A stretch of 46,588 nucleotides of DNA, from the NCBI GenBank assembly GCA_002633005.1, contig NMRA01000941.1, forward strand, positions 4,412 to 50,999, given 5' to 3'. This DNA comes from Phoronis australis (taxonomy: Eukaryota; Animalia; Phoronida). The notes under the pieces were generated by a model that worked only from the letters and a program-made list of their open reading frames with translations, was not told where the DNA came from and did no database searches. The translations under genes were made by a program, and so were the position numbers. Positions 25,801 to 36,900 of this stretch are shown here, in pieces (the stretch's first letter is position 1; every line of letters starts with the position of its first letter).

Positions 25801-26399
25801 CTTTAAACGTGAAAACAGACGTGATAGATTTTCATTTTAACGTGTAATAAATTTCCGGAAGACATAGGATAGGGAGTAAACAAATAGTCTAATGGCTATT
25901 TACGTACCCCTTTGCCATGGCATTTGGGCTTGGATTGTAATCTCCCTAACCAATATCGAGTTAAACATTCAGCATTCATTGATGTAACTGTCACTGATAA
26001 ACATGTTAGAAATCATTCCAAATAATAATACTGCTTTGATGTACGCCGGAAAACATCCCGATTGCTACGTCAAGTATCGTAACAAGCATCACAACAAACA
26101 AAGATTAACCTGACTGGCGACTGCCGCGAAGTCGACATCGGCGAGTATCTCAGTTAACAGGCATCTGTAGAATAAACATGGAATAATCGTTCAAATAATC
26201 ACAAACCTTACCTTTGTATAAGGTCGTGCTTACTTTCTTTCATAGAAGCACCCTTTTTACGCAATCTCAGATTCAGTTGGCACGCCTACTTTAAGCCATT
26301 TCACCATGTATTTAAAGGGCTCGCGAAATCGAGGCTGTTAATCTATCACCACTAGTACACGCGCGCCCTCTAGTTAATGTAAATTTTTCGAATAGCCCC
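22838..26399. mobile_element. Decayed ISL2EU-like transposon (THAP remnant on +, SAP/YqaJ exonuclease remnant on -)
   Basis: TIRs GGGGCTATTCG(G/A)AAAATT with AT on both flanks. Plus strand ~22968-23113: YYCYFPWCKSSTGGHKLPKD..WSIEVKRVNQLTKSVWMPKP. Minus strand ~26270-26216: LRLRKKGASMKESKHDLIQR then a GTAAG donor. Minus strand ~24700-24540: LKLKK..LVQGQILGTT...VVFT...VPKLDLF. Confidence 0.75.
24820..25052. mobile_element. MITE with perfect 15-bp TIR and 5-bp TSD
   Basis: TCATA|CATGCGCGCACCCAG ... CTGGGTGCGCGCATG|TCATA. Confidence 0.9.
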
Positions 26400-26675
26400 A
26401 TTTCGCGCCAATGTATTTTCATCATATAGTGACTGTGATAGCCACACCGAGTCAGTCATTCTCAATTTCGTTTGTGACAAGTTCGATCGTCATCGTTTGC
26501 TTTTGTTTACGAGTCAACATGCCACATTGCGTACCGGGATGTACCCATTATCGTCTCACACACAGAGGAACAACTGTCCTACTTGCCCGAGTGTACGACC
26601 CGCGACTCCCACTGGATAGTGACCAGTGAGCACACAAGTACATCCCCGCTGTGTGACTCACTCGCCGCACACCTG

Positions 26676-26730
26676 GCGTGCGTTCAGTAACTCTAGGACT
26701 GGCCTACGCTAGGACCTAGCTAACGGGAGG
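26676..26730 (-). mobile_element. 55-bp internally deleted Harbinger-like MITE (family copy 2)
   Basis: CTG|GCGTGCGTTCAGTAA...AACGGGAGG|CTG; both termini match copy 1. Confidence 0.75.
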
Positions 26731-27397
26731 CTGGCGCCTTCTAAATAGATCCAATGCTTTAGACAAGTCCACAATAAACTTATGGCAAAGTTTGGCTCAC
26801 CGATCTGTTAGTCATTGGAACTACGAACTGTCTTCTTCCCGGCGCTGGGTGTTGAACTGTGCCTGTATTCACTCCCACTACTACTGGGTAGCTCTCGCAG
26901 GGCTGCTTACAGGCTCTGGGTGATAATGACTGTACATCCCCGGGTACTGTACGCAGCATACGTTGACTGACTCGTAAACAAAAGCGACGGTCGAACTAAT
27001 CACAATGACTTAAGACATTCGACAGTTCGTCACAGTCAGACTATATGAAAAGAAATTGGAGCGAAATTCTTGCCTCCCAAAACGTCACTTGCGGAGGAGA
27101 GAACAAATAACAAATTACGAAAAGCTGTAATTAAGTGAAAAATGTGTGTGCGATAATCAACGAACCTTGTTTTATTATAAATGACAAGATTTAGTGACAA
27201 AGGTTGCCTTCGTCGTTTTGATAGAACAAGATATACGTACAGTAGGTCTAATTAGAAACCAATCTGTCTATACTTGATCGTCTGCTTCCACCGCCTCGGC
27301 TTGGCCTTTTAAAAATGTTTTGGACAAGTACAACTAATTTTTGGGTAACGTACGTTTGAGACTCTTGGCATGACATAAAGTAAAACCACTGAGCTAG

Positions 27398-27540
27398 GCG
27401 TGTGTTCGGTAGACGCTAGGACCTAGCTGAAACCTAGTCAAAGTCACGTGTTCTCATTTAAAATACACGGCAATTTCTCACGTAATCTCGCGAAGTCTTG
27501 CTTTTTAGCGAGGTCCTAGCGTTACTGAGTGAACGGGAGG
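27398..27540 (-). mobile_element. Harbinger-like MITE (family copy 3)
   Basis: Reverse complement of 3902-4052 along its whole length. Confidence 0.85.
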
Positions 27541-27856
27541 CGGGACTCCGCCCCGGCATTGCCTGGCATTTTTCACTTGTTTGCGTTATTCCCGGTAGGA
27601 ATCGCTTTGAGCAGTGACTCCTATTGTTGGAAGTGTTAACTAAATTGCCATTATATTTTCCTCCCTAGGTTTTATTGACATAAAATGTCAAAAACTTCAG
27701 GATTTTGTGTCAACTATAGAGTATATTAATTAGAAAAACAGCATATGAACCATAGTTTTCGGTGATGCCAGTATAAATTTTTAGGAAATTAGTTTTGTTA
27801 TGATCAGGCAATCATTTGTTGTAACAGCCTTTTAATATGGGTCAATCATTACCAAA
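27541..27856 (+). promoter_or_regulatory. Candidate promoter/5' region of the WBP1/VOPP1-like gene
   Basis: GC box CCGCCCC at 27548, about 310 bp upstream of AAAATGG; positional inference only. Confidence 0.3.
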
Positions 27857-27913
27857 ATGGCTGACGCTGAAAAGGTGCTACTTGTTTGGAGTTTTATTTT
27901 GATACACAAAAAG
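27857..27913 (+). CDS. Tentative first coding exon (signal-peptide-like)
   Basis: Strong context AAAATGG, 19 codons, donor AAG|GTAAGG in phase 0; joins to VQA|YYC. The HKK stretch makes the signal peptide atypical. Confidence 0.55.
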
Positions 27914-30900
27914 GTAAGGTTGAGGTTTTAGCATGTTACAGTTTATATATGAAGTGTCGCTATGTCAATTTTTGGTGACAGTTTGTCAGGTGTGTATACA
28001 ATGCTAATTCAGTGTGCGATACGGGGGTCTATGTTTTGCATTTGTTTACATCACCCACCGATTGCCCGTCTATCTTCTCTCTATGAATTTTACGAAATTT
28101 CCCCGAGTTCGTGCAGTGTGAAGTCAATGAGTCAGTTTCGATTTCAGAAACAAAGTGTACTTCACAAAACAATGTCAAAAATCAGAGCATCAGCTGCAAT
28201 GCTAGGATGGGTTTTGCCAAGTTGTCAAGATGGCAGATTGAGCACTGCCTGGTCTGCGGCAGTACACCACTTAACAAAGACAGTAGGCTACTAGCGTTTA
28301 GGCAATGACCATCGCCTCTGTTGGCCCGAAGCTTTTAGACTTGGTCAGCACAGCTGGCACAAACGGTAGTCATCCCATAGAGCCACTGTGCACCAGAAGC
28401 TTTTTGGAACACACTGACCAAACCATTAAGAGTCGTGTTTCTATGAAAATGTACCTTTTGAGTATAGAGGGACACCTGGAGCATTGATGTCTTTAACTGA
28501 ACTCCTCCAAGCTCGAACAAATACACCCAGTATCAACATTTTTGAAGTAGTCTTTCACTCCGTCAATGAAATTGAAGACTGAAAGCCATTATAGTCAATG
28601 TCACCCGTCTGCCAGCCATGCCAAGAGGTGGCAGCACAGATGAGGGACTATTCTACTTGAGCAGTAGCTACACTAATTTCTAGCAGAGACTAGTTGGTCC
28701 TCCAACAGTGTTAGTCAGGGCTCGACATAACGAGCTGCAGGTCGCATTTGCGACCTGAAATTTGGAAATGCGAGCTGAGATTTTTGTCAGCTCGTATCAA
28801 GTCGCAAAATGCGACCTGGAATTTCCAACGAATGCAAGCTGAGTTTTTACACGTCTCAACAGATACCTGGCAAATACAAAGCAGCTCTTGTTAATCCGAC
28901 CGTTATTTGGTTGTTGCCAAATCCAAGTTCAAAAGAACACTAACCGAGAACAGCCCTCCCGAAGACTTGTAGGCAAGTCGCGTGAACATGGGATATGCAG
29001 AATCGATCTTTGACGCGTTTCATTGGCTAACACTTTCGGCCACTTTTGTAAATTCCCGGATTTGCCGAAGAAAGTTTCGGGCCACTGCTTAACACGTGAT
29101 AAAACTTCACAAAACAACGATGTTTCTATTAATTCTTAAGCGATCAACTTACCAAACTTTATGGTGGACAAAAATGTTTATGTTTTCACATAAGATGTCC
29201 TTATTACATGTACCAAATATCCACAATATCCCTGATATCGCACTGCGGCACTGTTAGCGCGCAAGCGGTCCCGGCAGACAATCGTGACTTAGACTGAGAT
29301 GTGCTTCTCCTTTTTATCGTATTAAGACAGCCAAAGTGAAAATGACAACCTTATTAGTCGCCAAACGACGGTCACGTCTTTACTTTCAGTTGCCAAGAAA
29401 TTCTCAAACCCTTTACTTGTTTCTGGGGCTACGTGCGCGAAATATATATGATTTGTCTTTCACACGTTGTTGCCAACGTAAAGTGTAGGCCTACTCCAGT
29501 GATTCAAGTGCGTGAACTCACGCGTGCGCACCACTTCTAAGAACAGCGACTGTCCTAAATGAAAGAGTATACCGGCTTGGCTCTGGTTTATTTGAAAATG
29601 AACTCACATTCCCAGCGGTTATAAAAGACCCGATGTCCCGGGACCGATATAACCCAGAACTGACGTTTTCCTGTTCCGATGTTTCCCGAGGTCGATGTTC
29701 TGTAANNNNNNNNNNNNNNNNNNNNNNNNNNNNNNNNNNNNNNNNNNNNNNNNNNNNNNNNNNNNNNNNNNNNNNGCGTAAAAATGGCGGGAAAATTTTG
29801 CGACCTGGCATTTACGAATGCGAGCTGGATTTTGAAAATGCGACCTGAGATTTTGGCTAGGTCGCAAAATGCGACCTGGCGATTTTAATAGCGTCGAGCC
29901 CTGTTAGTAATCCTCATCAATAACTTGTCAACCAATAGTTACCTCCAGGAGCTAGTGACAACTTCTGATAACCAAATAGGTCAACAAGTTTAAACTTCCT
30001 GTCTGTGTCTTTTGTTCCTTTACAATTAAATTAAACTCAATCCTATTTCCAGAGCAGTTTACTTGGAACTTGGTTATGCATTAAAAGACGCCTGTTGATG
30101 GCTATGGTTTTGTATAAGTCCAAGGTCAACTTTTTGCTCAGGTGACCTATGATTTGCATATTTATAACAAAAAACTGAAAAGAAGTTAATTGCACGATTG
30201 GCAATGTATTTAGAAATGCAATCTACCTTTATTCATAGGTAACCGTTTTGATGTTTTATTTGATGAATCATTTCCAGTAAATTAATTGAGTATTTTTGTT
30301 ACAGTACAGGGCCATTGCCTGTATGCCTTCGGCGTCCACTTACTTAGGAACAGCATATGCTGGCTCTCGACATTGATGTGTATTGCCAATGGCAACACTT
30401 TAATAAGTTCTCTCTACGCGTACAATGGCACTGATGTTAGCGTCAAACTACAAACTATTCGTATCCTACAGAGTGTACACTTGCCCTTGTTTGTCTCTGC
30501 TTATATCTAGGGTACTTTTGTAATCCATTTAACAAAAAATATCAAGCAAGCAGTGTTTATGACACTTTTCTCCATTTATTCTTTATTTATTTTTCATTTA
30601 TTAAAATTGTTTCTTCAGTTATTAACCAACAGCCCCAGATGGGGCTACCAAATACTTTGTGCTGACAATGTCATAGGTGAAGACAATGGCTGCCACCAGG
30701 TATACACAAATTGTACACGGATGGAGTTAGATGGCGTATAACTAGCCATAGCCAAGCTATCACACCTAGACCGGGAGAATCGAACCATCATCTTTGCCAC
30801 TGATTCTATGGCGGATTTGTTGAAATTAAGTCGGGAAATCTCCCAGCCAACTGGCACATGGGGCTACCGCTATTCTAATCAGGGTTTGGCAATGGGTCAA

Positions 30901-33900
30901 AAATTTTGTCCTGTGTTTTGCAATTTTGACCTGAAAATTATACAAGACGGATGTTATTTGACCAGGAGTCAACCTGGCTTTCGAGTACAGTATTTTAAGC
31001 CTGGCACAAGCAATTTGCAAATGTGTATTTATACGTTGGTGTAATGGAGGGACCATTGATTTATAAATATATTGCTTGAAAGTTTCAGATAAAACAAGTT
31101 TAGAAACTTGAAACTTTTTGTGAGGCAATCTTGCTAAGTGATGTAAACTGTAAAGAGATTAGGAAAAATAGAAGACATAGTACACTCCTAAAAGATATAA
31201 ACTCCTTTTTATGTAGTGTTACAGAGGTCGGAAGGGACAAATATAATTGCTTATTTTGAACTATGAAACATATTGTGAAATTAAATATAAAAAAGCAAAT
31301 ACATTTTCTTCAAAAATATAAATGCTAGCATATGGCATTGATGCCAAGTATTGGAGGGGACATTGATTTTTACCTCATTGACGAATTTGTATGTTTCACC
31401 ATCAAAACTCAATCCCAGTGTTTTCCACAAGTGGGTATGATTCTGGGAGTCGTATATGTCTTCAGCACAAGAAGTAAACATGTTAATACAATGATACATG
31501 ATTCTCTTAACAAAAATGGTGTTCACTGACTGTACTGAATTGTAGGGCAAACATGTATATAGCAGTAGTGTCAGCCAAGTAGCTTGAGCCCTAAACATAA
31601 GGTGACCTGGGACAGTTCTAAGAAGCAAGGCAAGGAAAATGTCACCTTTTGTTGGAACTTGGACACACCAAACAGGTTGCTGGCCCCAATTTCAAGGGAC
31701 CGAGGGCCCGAAAATTAAATCATTTTTCTGTGTTCATTTTACTGTGGAATCGCCCACAAATGGTTTACTATACAAAATGGCTTAAACCTGAAAACTTTAG
31801 ATTACAGACCTAACAATTGATCTACATTCCTAGGATGAATATTTTGTTTTGTTCACAATTGATCAAAGTGTTCTTCGATTGTACGTCCATCACAAATGGA
31901 ATTGCCCTATGAGTTCCATGTGGTGCTGTGCTCCTCAGTGCCAAGTTCTATTTTTTAGGAAATAGTGTTTGCATGGTATTATTTTTGCTGAGTGTCATAA
32001 TTACTGGTGAAGTGAATCAGATTCATAGTATTACACCCTTCTGAGATTTATGCCCCAACCGAGTTCCAGGAATGGTCATTGAAATCTTCATCTCCCACCC
32101 TCTCATCAGCTCTCAGCATTGACTTGGATCACCACCAAACATTCAGAATTTAATGAAACCTAACCTAATTCTAAGAACTACTGTCACATGGAAAGGGCAT
32201 CATTTGGAATCACTATTGACTCAATTGGTGACTGCTAAAATTAGTTTGAGAAGACAAAAATGAAACCCATAAATATTAACAGTCTCATCCCTGTCCAGCA
32301 GCTGTCCAGTCAAACATGTGACCTCACCAAGAATGGGGTGAAATTTTTGTCTCTTTGATATCATTCAATCCAGTCAGTCAGTTTTGTCAAGTGCCTTTCT
32401 CCAACGAATATGTGAAGCCCACTGAAACTCCACTGAATCTTTCGTTAATTTCATTTTAGTAGCTTTTTTCTAAAATGTTCTTATTTTTGTCTCTATTTAA
32501 TTTACTCTCTTTCCTACTTAACACTTTTAATACAGAAACCATTCAGTACTAGCGGTCTGTTGAACTGGTCTGGACATATGTTGGACCCTAGAAAATGTCC
32601 AAATTTGACTAACATGGGAACTAAATATCTCAGAAATGGCTGGCCAGATTCATACGAAACTTTCAGGGACATTTTGGTTATTGAATGGTTCTGGAGTTAT
32701 TAAATTTACGTATTATGAGGAATGAGATGGTTTTTAGAAAAAAATATCACTCGAGGGCGAAGCTTGCAGGACATCGCCTTGTATTACAAGCGAAGCACGT
32801 GATTAAAACTGGTGAGGTTCTTACATAGATCTGGAACACAGCTTGTTTGGTGAGCCTTTGATATCCTTGCACATACCTCAATACTGGTCATCTACTAGTA
32901 CTGTCTTGTCTCAATCTATAATAAACAGTTGGACCTTAGTGGGGCCACATGGTCAGGTGAATATGGAGTTAATCAGTGTAATTTGTGGTAACCTTCAGAT
33001 TGTGATATTGCAGACAATCCTATACCAACTCAGTGTTCTCCACATTATAAATTCCAAACTCGACGCAAATGTTGAATGTCAGTTATTGACATTGTTTTTT
33101 GTCTACCCATAAGCATGGTCATGCTGGAGGTATTTATATATGGTTTAAAACTGCACACTGCACTGGTGTGACCTACTTCTTAGACACTTCAAAGTTTAGC
33201 TTTCCTACCAATGCATCTCATAATTTCTCCAAAGCATTTGACAGACCAAGAGCAGCAAACAAAAGATCAAAAGTTCCTTTAATAATACCAATGCCGATTT
33301 TAATATCAATTAGACATATTAAGTACTACTAACATGAGTTCTGATGTGACCTAGTTTTTAGTGACACCTGTTGTCAAGTTTAATAAGCTCATAAAGTTCT
33401 AACTTGCCACTAGATGTCAGTCAAAATCAAAATTGTCTTTATTAAGCAAATTAAATTGCTTTTTTATANNNNNNNNNNNNNNNNNNNNNNNNNNNNNNNN
33501 NNNNNNNNNNNNNNNNNNNNNNNNNNNNNNNNNNNNNNNNNNNNNNNNNNNNNNNNNNNNNNNNNNNNNNNNNNNNNNNNNNNNNNNNNNNNNNNNNNNN
33601 NNNNNNNNNNNNNNNNNNNNNNNNNNNNNNNNNNNNNNNNNNNNNNNNNNNNNNNNNNNNNNNNNNNNNNNNNNNNNNNNNNNNNNNNNNNNNNNNNNNN
33701 NNNNNNNNNNNNNNNNNNNNNNNNNNNNNNNNNNNNNNNNNNNNNNNNNNNNNNNNNNNNNNNNNNNNNNNNNNNNNNNNNNNNNNNNNNNNNNNNNNNN
33801 NNNNNNNNNNNNNNNNNNNNNNNNNNNNNNNNNNNNNNNNNNNNNNNNNNNNNNNNNNNNNNNNNNNNNNNNNNNNNNNNNNNNNNNNNNNNNNNNNNNN

Positions 33901-36900
33901 NNNNNNNNNNNNNNNNNNNNNNNNNNNNNNNNNNNNNNNNNNNNNNNNNNNNNNNNNNNNNNNNNNNNNNAATCCATAAGGGTTGATGGTGACAGTCTAC
34001 CAAACTTGAGCATAGAAATCCATAAGGGTTGATGGTGACAGTCTACCAAACTTGAGCATAGAAATCCAGAAGGGTTGATGGTGACAGTCTTCCAAACTTG
34101 AGCATAGAAATCCATAAGGGTTGATGGTGACAGTCTACCAAACTTGAGCATAGAAATCCATAAGGGTTGATAGTGACAGTCTACCAAACTTGAGCATAGA
34201 ATCCATAAGGGTTGATGGTGACAGTCTACCAAACTTGAGCATAGAAATCCATAAGGGTTGATAGTGACAGTCTATCAAACTTGAGCATAGAATCCATAAG
34301 GGTTGATGGTGACAGTCTACCAAACTTGAGCATAGAAATCCATAAGGGTTAATGGTGACAGTCTACCAAACTTGAGCATAGAAATCCATAAGGGTTAATG
34401 GTGACAACTCCACACTTTATGGTGACATGCTATCAGGTCAAAGTTTGAACTGTGTTATTTTTAACCTTTACTGAGTGGTCTCCATAGACCTGGGTAGAGT
34501 TCAGTAACGCTAGGACTTTGCTAAAAAGCAAGACTGAGATTACTTGTGATATTGCCATGTATTTTAGATGAGAGCACGCAACGTTAGCTAGATTCTTTTA
34601 GCTGCGAGACTGCTACTGTTTTGTCTTGACAAATTTGAATTCCACCTTGATAAGTGTGGCTTACTTGCATCAAGTTTGAAAGCTCTGTGCAATCAATTTC
34701 ACCTTTTTGAGACTTTATTTCTTCAATAAAGCACTTAAAAGACTAATGGCACCAGTTCAATGCATTTGAATTCCAAGACTAACTCACAAACTCGGCACAT
34801 TAGAGAAACAAACTTTCGAATCTGTTCATGAATTTTCTCATTTTTTTCGGATTTTCTTGAGGTTTGAATTTTCTTTTGCCAAGAACATTGGTACTATGAT
34901 AAAATGTCATTGTATTGAGATATTCAGAATCAAGATGCTACGTTCACTAAAACTGTGAACATTTAAATTTGTAGCAACCTTCACCTAGTGACTTCCTGGA
35001 GAACTGTGTGAACAAGTACTATCAGGAAAAGAAACAAAATGTAAATAAATTGCAGTTTTAAAGAAAGCACCACAACTGGTACACTTGAAAACAAATGTGA
35101 ACATTTAAAAAACCCTAGTAATTGCAAATATTAGGCAATCATTATTTGATAGTGATAGAAACAAATAATAAACACTGTGCCTCGTTTCATTGGGGTAACG
35201 ATAATGCTGTGTGGGATTCTCAGGGACTCCCTAGAATTTGCACTACCGGAGATGCAAAGTGGCATGATGTTGAATATTGTCCAAGGTGACGGCAAAATGA
35301 AAGTACAGAACAAATGCTTTCATTGTGGTCACTGTGAGGGCATCGGGTGTTCGTCTGCCATGATGAAATATTACCATATTCATTTACATTGAAACAGTCT
35401 ACCAAAATGAGATTGTTGTGGCGGTTGTTTTTTAAATTAGTACTTCATTTGCATATTCACAATGCAATGAGACTATGCTTCTTTAATTCCAATAGAACAA
35501 ATTCGTTATTGGATATTTGCAGTTGCCCGTCATGTATCCTGCATTATAACTCTTCTATCTCACTTTGTTAATGTTTCCTAATCTTGTACTGATGTTAGCA
35601 GTTGGTGTTTTACTGCCACTGTCATGAAACTGCTCATTCCATGGAAATCAAAACTCCATCCCTTAACTAGACTGATGGGAAAACAACCCCCGTGAGTAGA
35701 GTGAGTAGCGTGTATCGTCAGGTTGAATTGAAGTTTTACACATGGAAACTAGTGTGATTTGAGTGTTTACTCCTATCAGTGGGTTGCTAGTCCTCACATA
35801 TTGCCAGTTAGGAGAAAAAAATCAGTGTTTCTTGATTTTTGACAGTTTCGCAAACTTCATGACATTTTAGCCGTTTTGTACTTTGTTTTTCAATCTGACA
35901 GATTTAGAAGGTTGGTCAAAAGCGTGAATACTGGAAATGAATCTCATTTTAGCATTTTGTACATGTTGCAAAAAGGTCATAGCTTGTCCTTTATTAAGTG
36001 CATTATTCCTGTGTTTATGGTTTTCTAAACAGGGACACTTAACAAATTGTCACAAGGTCACTCCTGGCCATTTCTTCTAAAATTACTGATCAGTTGGTGT
36101 AGTTATGTAAGATGGAACTGAAAAGTTTTCCTCATTTTGCCTCCCCAGGCAAGGTGAACTGAAGGAAAGCAGTTTATTTCTTTTCTAGAACAAAATCTTA
36201 TGAAAGAAATGAGGTTCTGACCACTCATGAAGCTTGTCTACAGCCTAGCCACCCCAGCAGGTGCCAGTCTCTTATGAAATTGGGGGGAAATTCGACTGTG
36301 ACCATTACACTTGGAGTAAATCTCAAAATGTTTGGCCAATGAAATTGGGGAGGGGGAATTCGACTGAGTGCTGAGTGCCACCTAATTCTGGTGCCGAATT
36401 GGGCAAATCTCATGTGGCTTTTAAAACTCACAGACATGTTTTAACTTCGTTTGGGCACATTTTCAATACATTTACAATTTACAAAAGATGATTTAGACAT
36501 GTTCCAAACACAGTGTCAGTGGACCTTCTATTGGATGTGAGTGTGTGTGTAGATGCTCCACTTAAAGGTGGGTTAAGTTGCACTAGTGCAAGTTGTTCTA
36601 GGGTAGTCTGTGTGTGGGCGGGACTTTAGCTGAACAATGTGATTGACAACACTCTGTCATTCCCATCGCAGCCAACCTTAACCCAAGTGAGCACTTCATT
36701 TTGTTGGATTTCCACTTGCATGTCCTGTTTATATCACTTCTAAACTCACTGACTTTGTTCTTACATTACAGGTGCAGGCTTATTACTGTGATAGTGACCA
36801 GTAAGTTGATACGGATTTTTATTCAAATAAAATCTATACCATGATGCCATTTTCCTGTGATTCAACTGTGTCTTTACGATAAAAATGCTCCAGTTTGGGA

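Larger units (their letters stand above)
22682..27214. mobile_element. Kolobok-like long-TIR DNA transposon inserted at TTAA (outer element of nest)
   Basis: TTAA|AGGAGAAGGCAACC ... GGTTGCCTTC. About 300 bp of imperfect inverted repeat (left arm split into 22682-22837 and 26400-26550; right arm ~26920-27211). THAP-like start MPHCVPGC at 26519. The right TTAA is lost. Confidence 0.75.

Noticed and set aside
34033-34323. Cys/His repeat peptide VDCHHQPLW
   Set aside because: The 45/46-bp unit shifts frame between copies; non-coding minisatellite.
33971-34407. CRISPR-like array (also 15591-15736 and 2025-2900)
   Set aside because: Units are contiguous or homologous throughout with no unique spacers; no cas genes; eukaryotic context.
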